A DNA stretch of 64,000 nt. Origin: Candidatus Krumholzibacteriia bacterium. Lineage in GTDB: Bacteria; Krumholzibacteriota; Krumholzibacteriia; LZORAL124-64-63. Shown one piece after another: positions 45,951 to 55,663 of this stretch (position 1 is its first letter; every line of letters begins with the position of its first letter). Location: assembly GCA_024762975.1 (NCBI GenBank), contig JANTGJ010000002.1, positions 5,235 to 69,234 on the forward strand, given 5' to 3'. A program made the translations under genes and the position numbers. The notes beneath the pieces are model-generated. The model was not told the DNA's origin, did not search any database, and was given only the letters and a program-made list of their open reading frames with translations.

Positions 45951-46451
45951 GTGACCGACACTTCCGGACTTCCACGGAGCGATGCGCGCCAGGCAATGGA
46001 ACTGGCGCGCACCGCTCAGGCCCGCTTCGAAACACTCGAGGCCGCGGCCGCGAAACACGGCCTGGACCTCGAACGCATCGCAGCCTGCGGTGAGGGCGTT
46101 CTGGCGGGCATCCACGCCGGTCCGCATCAGGAAGACGTGATGTGGATCCTGGAGATTGCGACGGCGATGCTTACGACCGTGATGGCGGTCTCGGGCGAGC
46201 CGGTACCGGTATCCCAACAGGTCGACCCGGCGTCCTTCGGTATGGCTGTGCTGCGCGATCTGCAAACCGCCGCAGCAGAAACAGGCCGGGTCTGGTCGAG
46301 CCTCGAAGCGGCTGCGGCGGAGAGCCTCAAGCAGGCCGATACGGATCGGTACACCCACCTGGAAACGTTTTGGGCCCTGAGTCGCGCCACCGCCTCGTGC
46401 GAGCTGGGCTGGGCGCGCTCGCTGGCCGAAGAGGGCGAATCCGACCTCTGA
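45951..46451 (+). CDS. Hypothetical all-alpha protein.
   Basis: In-frame GTG at 45951 or ATG at 45996 (MELARTAQARF...). Ala-rich helical. Between two confidently called genes with good codon bias. Confidence 0.5.
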   Translation: MTDTSGLPRSDARQAMELARTAQARFETLEAAAAKHGLDLERIAACGEGVLAGIHAGPHQEDVMWILEIATAMLTTVMAVSGEPVPVSQQVDPASFGMAVLRDLQTAAAETGRVWSSLEAAAAESLKQADTDRYTHLETFWALSRATASCELGWARSLAEEGESDL

Positions 46452-46467
46452 GCCGGGAGAACATCCC

Positions 46468-47604
46468 ATGAAAATTATCGTACTGGGAGCCGGCCTGGTC
46501 GGCGGTCCGATGGCCATCGATCTGGCCGCGGACGATCGCTTCGATGTCACCGTTGCCGACATCGACCCGCTGGCGTTGCGCAACCTGACGACGCGCGCAG
46601 CGATCACCCCCCGGGAGGCCGACCTTTCGCAGCCGCAGAACGTCACAAAGCTGGTGGCCGACTACGACTACGTGGTTTCGGCGGTACCTGGATTTCTGGG
46701 GTTCCGCACTCTCGAAGCGATTCTGCACGCCGGCAAGAATGTCGTCGACATCGCGTTCTTCCCCGAAGATCCGTTCGAGCTGGATTCCCTGGCCCGGAAA
46801 CAGGGTGTGACCGCGATCATGGATTGCGGAGTCTTCCCGGGCATGGGGAGCGCGCTCGTGGGACGTGCGGCGCGCCGGTTGGACGAAGTCAACGATCTGC
46901 TGGTCTACGTCGGCGGCCTGCCGGTCGTGCGCACCTGGCCCTGGGAGTACAAGGCCGTATTTTCGCCGATCGACGTGATCGAGGAATACACGCGCCCGGC
47001 GCGTTATGTCGAGAACGGTACGCTGGTCACCCGCGCGGCGCTCTCCGATCCCGAACTGATCGAGTTTCCCCAGGTCGGTACTCTGGAGGCCTTCAACACC
47101 GATGGCCTGCGCTCGCTGCTGACGACCCTGGACGCGCCGAACATGAAAGAAAAGACGCTGCGTTATCCCGGTCACATCCAGAGAATGGCCGTGCTGCGCG
47201 AGTGCGGGTTTTTCAATGAGGAAGAGATCGAGGTGCGAGGCCACCGGATACGACCCCTCGATGTGACCGCCGAGCTGCTGTTCCCGATGTGGAAGCTGGA
47301 AAAGGGCGAAAACGAATTTACGCTGCTGCAGATCCACATCGCCGGAGTGCAGGATGGCAGGCCGACACGCTACCGCTACGACATGCTGGATTTCTACGAT
47401 GCTCAAAGGGACATCACGAGTATGGCGCGCACGACCGGCTATACCGCGACCATGGCCTTGCGCATGCTGGTCGAGGGGAAGTACACGAAGACGGGGATCT
47501 CGCCGCCGGAGTACCTGGGTCGCGTGCCGGGCTGCTGCGCCTACCTGCTGGAAGGATTGGCGGAGCGGGGCATCGAGTATCGCGAGACAATCGACCAGGA
47601 CTGA
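46468..47604 (+). CDS. Saccharopine-dehydrogenase-family NAD(P)-binding oxidoreductase (LysDH or carboxynorspermidine-dehydrogenase-like).
   Basis: MKIIVLGAGLVGGPMAIDLA Rossmann motif plus saccharopine-DH C-terminal domain. GGGAGA RBS. Confidence 0.9.
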   Translation: MKIIVLGAGLVGGPMAIDLAADDRFDVTVADIDPLALRNLTTRAAITPREADLSQPQNVTKLVADYDYVVSAVPGFLGFRTLEAILHAGKNVVDIAFFPEDPFELDSLARKQGVTAIMDCGVFPGMGSALVGRAARRLDEVNDLLVYVGGLPVVRTWPWEYKAVFSPIDVIEEYTRPARYVENGTLVTRAALSDPELIEFPQVGTLEAFNTDGLRSLLTTLDAPNMKEKTLRYPGHIQRMAVLRECGFFNEEEIEVRGHRIRPLDVTAELLFPMWKLEKGENEFTLLQIHIAGVQDGRPTRYRYDMLDFYDAQRDITSMARTTGYTATMALRMLVEGKYTKTGISPPEYLGRVPGCCAYLLEGLAERGIEYRETIDQD

Positions 47605-47609
47605 GTTCC

Positions 47610-50069
47610 CTATTTGGCGAGAGTCATCCGGCCGGTGAAAGAGCCCTGCTGCGTCTGCAGTCGATACAGGTAGACGCCGCTGGCTACCTCGCGCCCCACG
47701 GCGTCTCTTGCGTTCCAAACGACCTGGTGTCGTCCCGCCGGCAGATTCCCGTCCATCAATTGTGCGATGCGCCGGCCCCGGATATCGTAGATCCCGAGGC
47801 GCACCCGCGTCGAGGCGGGCAATTCGAATTCGATGCGTGTGGTCGGGTTGAAGGGGTTGGGGCGATTACCCAGCAGGCGCACGGTGGCCGGTGGAGTCCC
47901 GTTCGTTTCCGGTTCCGTTTCGACGGGCGCGACCCCGTTGCTGCCGACCTCCACGATGCCCAGGTAGGGGATCATGTTGAATCCCGAAATGGTCACGTCC
48001 AGATCCTGACCCGTCGCGGGAGAGGACGCCAGTACGACCGCGACCTGGCCCGAGCTGTCGGCCTGGCCCGATCCATAGAGAATGCCGCCGCCGGTCAGGG
48101 CCACCCGCGCGCCGGCGACCTCCTGTCCCGCCGCCGCGATCTTCAGCGTCCAGTTCGAGGCGCCGGCCGGCAGGGTGGAAGTGTCGAGGATCTCGAATAT
48201 CCCCGGTGGTGCGGTGCGTACCTGCAGGGAGCAGTCCCCGAATACCACATTCTGCTCCATTACCCGAGTGGCTACGGGCAGTCCGGAGTACAGATCCAAT
48301 ACCTTCATCAGACCGCCGTAGTAGAGCGAACCGATCGATGTGGCCCGCTCCTGGACCAGAAGCTCGACGATCTCGGTTTGCATCACCGTGGGGGGGACCC
48401 AGGGGGTCGGCGAGGTGGCCGAAACGACGGCGATGGCGCCCAGCGGCTGGTTCGGTGTCCCGGCCTGCATCCACGACTCGGCGAAACACGGATCCAATGA
48501 GAAATCGCCGTTGGAACAGGAGACATCCACGACCCAGGGCCAGCGTGAGCCATTGGCCAGTCGCGCGACGTCCAGGTTCGTGAAGGGGACGCTGACCCAC
48601 GAGGTGCCGGTCCCATGCCCGAGATAGTTGATCAGCGAGCACCCCTCCTCGACAGCGGTCCGAATGCCGGTGCGGCTGCCGCCGAGGCTCTGGTATTGCC
48701 GGTCGACCGTGTCGAACCCGTAGTCGAGCAGGTCGGCGCGCAGATTCTCGAGACGTTCGAAGTCGGCCGGCACACCTTCATCGCTGCCGATGCCCACGGC
48801 CCGGCGCAGCCACTTCCCGTCGCCTCCGTCGTTGAACTTTTCGTACGCGATGAACTTGCTGACCTGCGTTGCCACCTGCTGCGACGTCTGGGCCGGGATC
48901 CGGGACACGTAGATATCGGGATATTCGTCATCACCTGCCAGCAAGGCATAGCGGCTGTCCGAGTCCGAGCCGTCGTATCGCCCCACGTGCGGCGGGATGG
49001 CGGCATGGTCCCCGACCAGGATGACCCAGGTCAGTCCGGCCGCCTCTTGGAACTTGCCGCGCAAGTAGTTGGTAATCTCCTCGGCGGTCGTGCCGGTCTG
49101 GGCCGTGCTGGCGACCTGCGCATCGATCCCGAGCCGGCGCTTCCATTCCAGCAGCGGCTCCAGATCATCGATGAACGCCGGATTTGAAACCAGCAGCAGG
49201 CGGCCACGCGTCGGCAGGGGAGCGTACTTCTCGTTCGCCGAGGGCGCTTGTGCCGCAAATGCTTCGGCATACACCTGCGAAAACTCGCTGCTCGTGGAGG
49301 CACCGATCGATTTGGTCGGCGATCCGCCCCGCGCGGTGATCTCCAGGCGGAGAATGCGGCTGACGAGCAGCTTGCCCGAGCCCGCATCGTAGCGCACCGG
49401 TTGCAGGCGCAGATTCACTCCCGATTGGTCTCGCAGTCGGAAGGACTCGCCCAGCACGTAGGGTCCGGGAGGCCAGACGCCACCGGAAGCGTAGAAATCC
49501 GAAAATACGACCGGCGCCGTGGCCGGATCGCGGTCCCGCTCCAAATGCCCCAGCGAGGGGACGACCGGGGCGGTCGAGAACTCGGCGACCTCGTGGCGCA
49601 CGACCTTCACTTCCAGATCGGCGCCGGCCGGGATCGGCAGGTTTGCCGCCAGAATCGGTACCTCGGGCATGCCCGCGCGCCGCAACAGGTGTTCGCCGGG
49701 CAACAGCACACGCCCGGCGCGGCGTCCCGCGCTCCAGATCGGTTCGTAGTGGAATCCGGGAATCTCGAGGTCGACCCGCCAGGTCTTTTCGTCGAGGGCT
49801 TCGATTGCCATCTGCGGTCCGCGGATCGATCCGCCGTCCAGCGAGGTCCAGCCCGTGGACAATCCGGCGCTGCCCATGGTTCCGACCAGGGTATCGGGGT
49901 CCGTCAGGGGCGCCCATACGGAACCCCCCGGCGATCGGGCCGCCAGGACCGCGGGATTCGAGGGAGTGCGGTGAGCCATGAAGCCCGGCGGGCTCGAAAT
50001 CAGCCATGTGCCTGCGCCCAGACCGGCCGCAAGCAGGGATACCGACAGGATCGAGACGATTCGCTTCAA
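47610..50069 (-). CDS. Peptidase C25 (gingipain-like cysteine peptidase) with C-terminal Por/T9SS-type sorting domain.
   Basis: TTG start at 50069. Signal peptide MKRIVSILSVSLLAAGLGAG. Gingipain-like propeptide and catalytic region (GDHAAIPPH..., NYLGHGTGTSW, SCSNGDF). C-terminal NRPNPFNPTTRIEFEL...GIYDIRGRRI...GVYLYRLQT...RMTLAK. Confidence 0.85.
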   Translation of the reverse strand: MKRIVSILSVSLLAAGLGAGTWLISSPPGFMAHRTPSNPAVLAARSPGGSVWAPLTDPDTLVGTMGSAGLSTGWTSLDGGSIRGPQMAIEALDEKTWRVDLEIPGFHYEPIWSAGRRAGRVLLPGEHLLRRAGMPEVPILAANLPIPAGADLEVKVVRHEVAEFSTAPVVPSLGHLERDRDPATAPVVFSDFYASGGVWPPGPYVLGESFRLRDQSGVNLRLQPVRYDAGSGKLLVSRILRLEITARGGSPTKSIGASTSSEFSQVYAEAFAAQAPSANEKYAPLPTRGRLLLVSNPAFIDDLEPLLEWKRRLGIDAQVASTAQTGTTAEEITNYLRGKFQEAAGLTWVILVGDHAAIPPHVGRYDGSDSDSRYALLAGDDEYPDIYVSRIPAQTSQQVATQVSKFIAYEKFNDGGDGKWLRRAVGIGSDEGVPADFERLENLRADLLDYGFDTVDRQYQSLGGSRTGIRTAVEEGCSLINYLGHGTGTSWVSVPFTNLDVARLANGSRWPWVVDVSCSNGDFSLDPCFAESWMQAGTPNQPLGAIAVVSATSPTPWVPPTVMQTEIVELLVQERATSIGSLYYGGLMKVLDLYSGLPVATRVMEQNVVFGDCSLQVRTAPPGIFEILDTSTLPAGASNWTLKIAAAGQEVAGARVALTGGGILYGSGQADSSGQVAVVLASSPATGQDLDVTISGFNMIPYLGIVEVGSNGVAPVETEPETNGTPPATVRLLGNRPNPFNPTTRIEFELPASTRVRLGIYDIRGRRIAQLMDGNLPAGRHQVVWNARDAVGREVASGVYLYRLQTQQGSFTGRMTLAK

Positions 50070-50200
50070 GAGGCAGCGCTTTCACCGCGAGAGATGCACG
50101 GCGGTCCACCGGGTGTGGGCCGCTCCTGCAATCCGCATCGGCCGCCGCGAGAGCGGCTTGACAGGAATCCCCGTCGAATCAGGGTTTTCGATGGGGTGTG

Positions 50201-51121
50201 TCAGCGCAGAACGCGTGCGGATCCGCCCGAGATTTCCAGCGCCTGGACAGGTCCCCCATAGTGCTTCGACATGCCGGCGTCGATGCACCAGACCTGCTGT
50301 TGGCAGTGCGTATCGATGCCGCCCTCCTGCACCGTGTGCCCGACAACCATCCGGTCGACGTCCAGGGCTTCGAGGACCGCGGCCAGCATCGCGCAATCGG
50401 TGCTGTCGGGTTCATCCGAGTACATCCGCTCCCAGGTAGGGCTTTCTCCGGTATGGATCAGGGGCGGGCAGTCTCCCCGGCCGACGATCCAGTTTTTCAC
50501 TTGCCGGTTGAGCTTGTCGAGCCCGTATTCGAGGTGCGCCAGGGTAATTCCGCCGTGGACAAAGAGGGTCCGGCCGACGATGACATACAGATCCTGCTGC
50601 GCGAGCTGCCGGGCATAGCGGCCGCCGGGGCGGAACACGGCCACGCGACCTCTTTGCTCGGGCGGGTAGGCGAGCAGCAACGAGTCACACCCGCTTTCGG
50701 GCGGAGCGAATTCGGCAAAATCGAGGAACCCGCCCTCGGTGACGTACCGCAGATCCAGGCGTACATTCATCAGTTCGTGATTGCCGTTCAGGATGTGGAC
50801 CGCGCCGCCGGCTGCCGCAGCCTCCGTCTGCAGACGCGCCAACAGGTCCAGGATCGCCTGTTCTTCGTCGCCGCGATCCAGCTGGTCGCCGGTCTGTACG
50901 ACAACCAGCCGCCCGCCGATCCAGCGGTCCTGCTCGTCGATCGCGCCGCCGAGCCGCAGTGCTTTGCGGGTGGACTGGAGATCACCGTGCAGGTCGCCCA
51001 GGGCTACGACGCGTTCAGCCGCAGGGTAGCGCATCCATTCGCCCGCGGGGGCGGCGGCCGAAGACCCTGCCAGGACGAGGAAAGCGATCAGCAGCGGAAA
51101 GCGGCGTACGAAGCGGGCCAT
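50201..51121 (-). CDS. Secreted metallophosphoesterase (calcineurin-like phosphoesterase).
   Basis: Signal peptide MARFVRRFPLLIAFLVLAGSSAAA. GDLHGD, GDQLDRG, GNHE, VHGG, GHT motifs. Confidence 0.8.
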   Translation of the reverse strand: MARFVRRFPLLIAFLVLAGSSAAAPAGEWMRYPAAERVVALGDLHGDLQSTRKALRLGGAIDEQDRWIGGRLVVVQTGDQLDRGDEEQAILDLLARLQTEAAAAGGAVHILNGNHELMNVRLDLRYVTEGGFLDFAEFAPPESGCDSLLLAYPPEQRGRVAVFRPGGRYARQLAQQDLYVIVGRTLFVHGGITLAHLEYGLDKLNRQVKNWIVGRGDCPPLIHTGESPTWERMYSDEPDSTDCAMLAAVLEALDVDRMVVGHTVQEGGIDTHCQQQVWCIDAGMSKHYGGPVQALEISGGSARVLR

Positions 51122-51251
51122 CGATTGGACCTCCGGATTGTGGTTGCCGCGCAGTGTAGCTCTCCGGCGTGGGCTTGCCAAGCGGTGGCCGCGGTTGACC
51201 CGCCGGCCGACTTCCGTTAGCGTCCGCCGAACGACCCTCCCGATCCGGAGC

Positions 51252-52124
51252 ATGACGATGAAGGAACCACCGCGCCGATCCGATCCCGGTGCTCACGACT
51301 ACGATCCGGAGTTGCATCGGTGCCTCCTGTGCGGCAGCAGCGATCTGCGCGCCCATCATCGCGACAGCAAGGGGCGGCGGATCCAGCGTTGCTTCGGATG
51401 CGGAATCCAGTTCATGAATCCGCAGTATACCGATTCCTACCTGACCGCTTACTACGCTCGCTATTACGCCGCCGGCGACGAGGACGAAGAGGCCCATCGC
51501 TACCAGCATGATACCAATCTGGATCTGCTCGAAAATCGCACCGATGGGCCGGGAAGACTGCTGGATATCGGCTGTGGGCAGGGGCACCTGCTGCGCGCTG
51601 CCCGCGATCGAGGCTGGCAGGTCACGGGCTACGATGTCGATCCGGCGACGGTCCGCAAAGTGGCGGCCGAGCACGACCTCGAGATCCTGGCGGGCGATCT
51701 GCTCACGCTGGACCTACCCGATCGAGCTTTCGACGTCATCACCCTGAATCATGTGCTGGAACATCTCAAGCAGCCGGCGCCGCTGATTCGACGCATCGGT
51801 GAGCTTTTGGCCCCCGGGGGCCTGCTGTTGATCTCGGTGCCCAACATCGCGGGGCTGTCGAACCGCCTGAAATTCCGGCTCGAGAAGCTGCGACTGCGTC
51901 GCAAGGGAATTGGCGCCTACTACGATGCCGATCACCATTTGTGGTACTTCGCGCCCGATACGCTCCAGCGTTTTCTGGAGAGCCGCGGGTTCGAGATCCT
52001 GCACCGGCAAAGTGCTCCGAAAGTACGCAGGGGAGAGGCGGCCTGGAAACGAAACTGGCGCCGCAGGACGACGGACCGGCTACTGCAACGCTCCTCATTC
52101 CTGATGATCTGCGGTCGTCGCTAG
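51252..52124 (+). CDS. Class I SAM-dependent methyltransferase with N-terminal Zn-ribbon.
   Basis: CLLCGSS...CFGCG zinc ribbon. LLDIGCGQGHLL SAM-binding motif I, VITLNHVLEHL. Confidence 0.8.
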   Translation: MTMKEPPRRSDPGAHDYDPELHRCLLCGSSDLRAHHRDSKGRRIQRCFGCGIQFMNPQYTDSYLTAYYARYYAAGDEDEEAHRYQHDTNLDLLENRTDGPGRLLDIGCGQGHLLRAARDRGWQVTGYDVDPATVRKVAAEHDLEILAGDLLTLDLPDRAFDVITLNHVLEHLKQPAPLIRRIGELLAPGGLLLISVPNIAGLSNRLKFRLEKLRLRRKGIGAYYDADHHLWYFAPDTLQRFLESRGFEILHRQSAPKVRRGEAAWKRNWRRRTTDRLLQRSSFLMICGRR

Positions 52125-52777
52125 TTGTGCCCGGATTCCTGCGCGGGCAGATGCAACTGTTGCCGGATGCTTTGCTGCACCTCGTCGATGCTCTGCGTTC
52201 CGTCGACGGTGACGATCAACTCCTTGCGAGCGAAGATGTCCAGCACCGGCCGTGTCTTCTCGTGAAAGTCGTCCAGTCGCGAACGGATCGCCTCCTCGGT
52301 ATCGTCCTGGCGACTGACCAGTTCGCCGCCGCACACGTCGCAGGTGTTCGCCACCTCGGGGCGGTGCAGGAAGAGGTTATAGTCCAGGCCGCACCGGGAG
52401 CAGTATCGCCGGGACAACACGCGGTGCATGACGATCTCATAGGGGACATCGATATTGATCACCGCGTCGATGTCGTAGCTTTCGAGGAAAAACTCGGCCT
52501 GTGCTCCATTGCGCGGAAAGCCGTCCAGGATGAATCCGTAGTTCCAGTCATGTTGGCTGAGGCGGCGTCCGACGATTTCGGCGACCACCTCGTCGGTGAC
52601 CAATTCACCGGCAGCGACCGTGCGTTTGACGCGCGCACCCAGTTTGGTGTGGTTCTGGATGTTCCAGCGAAAGAGATCACCAACCGAGATATGCACGAGA
52701 TCGAAATCCTTCGCCAGGATCTTGGCCTGCGTGCCTTTGCCGCTGCCCTGGACACCCATGATCACATACTTGTTCAT
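52121..52777 (-). CDS. adk: Adenylate kinase (long form with zinc-binding LID domain).
   Basis: GVQGSGKGTQA P-loop. GFILDGFPRN. LID CSRCG...CDVCGG. 4-bp convergent overlap with the methyltransferase. Confidence 0.95.
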   Translation of the reverse strand: MNKYVIMGVQGSGKGTQAKILAKDFDLVHISVGDLFRWNIQNHTKLGARVKRTVAAGELVTDEVVAEIVGRRLSQHDWNYGFILDGFPRNGAQAEFFLESYDIDAVINIDVPYEIVMHRVLSRRYCSRCGLDYNLFLHRPEVANTCDVCGGELVSRQDDTEEAIRSRLDDFHEKTRPVLDIFARKELIVTVDGTQSIDEVQQSIRQQLHLPAQESGHN

Positions 52778-52908
52778 TCCTGGTCCCTTCCTTTGGCAAG
52801 CCGGTCCGCATAGATCCCGGGGCGGCGAAGTGGCGGTCGTGGAAAGGTTTCCCCGTTAGTCACTCTTGTAATTGGAAAAAACAACAATGGAATACCTCGC
52901 CTCCGGTC

Positions 52909-53754
52909 TCATTCTCTGTCGTCCGATTGCTGTATCCAGTCACAATAGAGCTCCGGTCTGCGGTCGCGGAGAAAGAGTTTCCGGCCGTGGGACCGGGCAA
53001 CCAAATCGAGGTCCACATCACAGTAGAGGATCTCATCGGTTCCTTGTCCGGCCCTCGCTACAACGCGACCCTCAGGGGAACAAACAAACGAATCTCCCGC
53101 AAACGTCAGCTTGTCTTCTCTTCCTACACGGTTGCATAGGGCAATCCAGTAGCCGTTCTGAAAAGCCGTTACTCTCATTTCTGCTTCATAGAGACCCTCG
53201 GGCCATTCGCCAATCGAGCCAGCCTGGGGAACGATCACCAGGTCAGCGCCTTTGACTGCCAATGCACGCATATATTCCGGGTAGTGACGGTCATAGCAGA
53301 TCGCAACACCGAGCCTGCCGAATCGAGTCTCATAGATGGGTGCTCCGGTATCGCCCGGAGTATAGTAGCCTTGCTCATGGAAGTACTCGTATTCGGTGAT
53401 ATGGATCATTCGAGTAATTCCCAGAATGGTCCCATCCGCATCGATGACGGGAGAAGAATCGAAAGTCTGCCCGGGATTGTTTTCATCCTGCTCGAATACA
53501 TTCAGGACAATGACCACACCCAATTCAGCGGCCAACGAGCAAAAGGCATCTGTGGTCGGACCCGGCACGGACTCGGCGTGAGCCAGGCTGTCCAGAGTCG
53601 CTGGAGCTTGCGGGTAGAATCGGCTAAAAGCCAACTCGGCGAACGTGATGACCTGGGCACCGTTTGTCGCGGCTTCGCGGGCAGCGGCCAACCCGCGGGA
53701 CAGGTTGCCATCCTGATCCTCGGTGGCATGTTGTTGAACGAGGGCGATTCTCAT
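52909..53754 (-). CDS. Carbon-nitrogen hydrolase (nitrilase superfamily; N-carbamoylputrescine-amidase or omega-amidase type).
   Basis: MRIALVQQ... with catalytic E (FAELA), K, and C (VAICYD) triad positions. Sits in a region of roughly 52% GC by eye (not computed) versus about 65% in flanking DNA. Confidence 0.9.
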   Translation of the reverse strand: MRIALVQQHATEDQDGNLSRGLAAAREAATNGAQVITFAELAFSRFYPQAPATLDSLAHAESVPGPTTDAFCSLAAELGVVIVLNVFEQDENNPGQTFDSSPVIDADGTILGITRMIHITEYEYFHEQGYYTPGDTGAPIYETRFGRLGVAICYDRHYPEYMRALAVKGADLVIVPQAGSIGEWPEGLYEAEMRVTAFQNGYWIALCNRVGREDKLTFAGDSFVCSPEGRVVARAGQGTDEILYCDVDLDLVARSHGRKLFLRDRRPELYCDWIQQSDDRE

Positions 53755-54117
53755 GACATCTCCAGATCCATTTCAGGACGATGGCACTATCAGGTCCCGG
53801 CATTTCGATCGTTACGGAGGGACGCGCGGCCAGGATACTTCTGTTGATATGCTCAGACCGTCGGTCCATGCCGCTGAATTGTTTCATGATCTTTTTGACT
53901 GCGGCAACTGCTTTCTTTCATTCCTGTTCTTCCCGGACCCGTCCGGGTCAACGGTACAAACTCCTGATCAAGTCCCAACTGGGAGCATCCGTGGGAACGC
54001 CGGGTCCCCAGCCCAGAGTCACGGTGAGGTCGTAATTTACCAGAGGTTCTTCCAGGTAGACCTGGATATGGACATAGTGAATATCCGGGAAGGTTTGATC
54101 GAAGTTCGAATCCCCGG

Positions 54118-55395
54118 TCAAATGGTAATGGGCGAGTCTCCTGGCATGTCTCCTTCGATGATCGCCTGAGCCATTCCCTGTCCCGCCAAACGACCGGTCG
54201 TCCATGCGGCCTGGAAATTGAATCCTCCCGTGATGCCATCGATATCCAGCACCTCGCCGGCCAGATACAGGCCGGGGCAAATTCGGCTGGACATGGTTTT
54301 CAGATCGACCTCGCGCAGGGAGACGCCGCCGCAGGTAACAAACTCGTCCTTGTTCGTAGATTTGCCGTCGACGGACATTCGAGTGTCTTTCAACAGTCCC
54401 GTCAGCCGGCGCCGCGGCTTTTTGCCCAACTCGGCCCAGCGGCATTCGGCCGGGATGCCGGCGCGACGGGCGAGTTCCTCCCACAATCGGCGCGGCAGGT
54501 CTCCGGCATCCGGACGCGCACCAAATACGCTTTTGCGTGGATGGGCTTCGGCCCATTCGAGCAGGACCGTGTCGAGTGCCTCACGGCTCCGATCCGGCAG
54601 CCAATCCACCCCCAACTCGAATCGATAGTCGACCGCGTGGAAATCCCTTGCGCCCCGTGCCGAGAGTTTCAGTACGCCCGGACCGCTGACGCCCCAGTGC
54701 GTCAGCAGCAACGGACCACGCTCCGTCAACGACCTGGCGGGCAGTTCGGAACCAATGGCGCGCACAATCACCGGGTCGACCACAACGCCAGCCAATTCAT
54801 GCCACGCCGGATCCGGGACATGGAAGGTGAAAAGCGAGGGGACCAGCGGTTGGATCGTATGCCCAAGCGAGCGTGCCAGCTCGTGGCCCCCTCCGGCCTC
54901 GTTGCCGCCGGTGGCCAATAGTGTGCAGAGGGTCGAAAGTCGGGATCCGTCGTCGAGTGTCGCGCTTAAACCGTCGCCGGAGCGTTCGAGGGCCGTCACA
55001 GCGCGCCGTGTGCGCACCTCGACACCCATTTCACGGGCTGCACCGCGCAGACACTCGACGATGGTGCCCGAATCGTCCGTTACCGGGAACATCCGCCCGT
55101 CCGCTTCGGTCTTCAACTCGACTCCGCGCTCTGCAAACCAGTCCACGGTGTCCTGCGCTCCCCAGCGTGTCAAAGGGCCGATCAGTTCGCGACCTCCGCG
55201 AGGATAGAAGCCGGAAAACTCGCGCGCATCGAAGCAGGCGTGGGTGACGTTGCACCGGCCGCCCCCGCTGATGGCGACCTTGCGAAGCAGTCTGCCCTGC
55301 TTCTCCAGCAGGACCACCGGCAGATCGGGCCGGGATTCGCGGGCGGCGATGGCCCCGAAAAAGCCTGCCGGGCCGCCACCGATGACAAGAATCAT
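54118..55395 (-). CDS. HI0933-family FAD-dependent oxidoreductase (BaiN/aminoacetone-oxidase-like flavoprotein).
   Basis: MILVIGGGPAGFFGAIAA dinucleotide-binding motif, GGGRCNVT, C-terminal ...FNFQAAWTTGRLAGQ. Confidence 0.9.
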   Translation of the reverse strand: MILVIGGGPAGFFGAIAARESRPDLPVVLLEKQGRLLRKVAISGGGRCNVTHACFDAREFSGFYPRGGRELIGPLTRWGAQDTVDWFAERGVELKTEADGRMFPVTDDSGTIVECLRGAAREMGVEVRTRRAVTALERSGDGLSATLDDGSRLSTLCTLLATGGNEAGGGHELARSLGHTIQPLVPSLFTFHVPDPAWHELAGVVVDPVIVRAIGSELPARSLTERGPLLLTHWGVSGPGVLKLSARGARDFHAVDYRFELGVDWLPDRSREALDTVLLEWAEAHPRKSVFGARPDAGDLPRRLWEELARRAGIPAECRWAELGKKPRRRLTGLLKDTRMSVDGKSTNKDEFVTCGGVSLREVDLKTMSSRICPGLYLAGEVLDIDGITGGFNFQAAWTTGRLAGQGMAQAIIEGDMPGDSPITI

Positions 55396-55526
55396 GCTAC
55401 ACTCCGACGGGATCCGGGTGATCCGCGGCGATCCGGCCGTTCAGGAGACCGTGCCGCGAGGCGATCGTATGGCGCATCATGCCACCGGGGAGAGTGTGTG
55501 CCAATGGGCGAAATCACTTGACCGGA

Positions 55527-55555
55527 TTGACGCGGCGCACAGCGATCGGTACAAT
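55527..55555 (+). promoter_or_regulatory. Near-consensus sigma70-type promoter: TTGACG, 17 nt, TACAAT, about 100 nt upstream of the beta-helix/T9SS-cargo cluster.
   Basis: -35 at 55527-55532, -10 at 55550-55555. Followed by an A7T3 tract at 55583-55592 and GAGAGGGGA before ATG 55664. Confidence 0.45.
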
Positions 55556-55663
55556 GATCCACGGGGGTTCCCATTTCGCGCTAAAAAAATTTCCGAAATT
55601 CGCGATCTCGCCTTTCGCCACAAGAAAACCAATATCGCTCCACACTGATTGAGAGGGGATCTC

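Noticed and set aside
53753-54169. 138-aa plus-strand ORF in the low-GC gap.
   Set aside because: No RBS, no family resemblance. Runs into the 3' end of the HI0933 gene on the opposite strand. Kept only as a possible pseudogene remnant or sRNA region.
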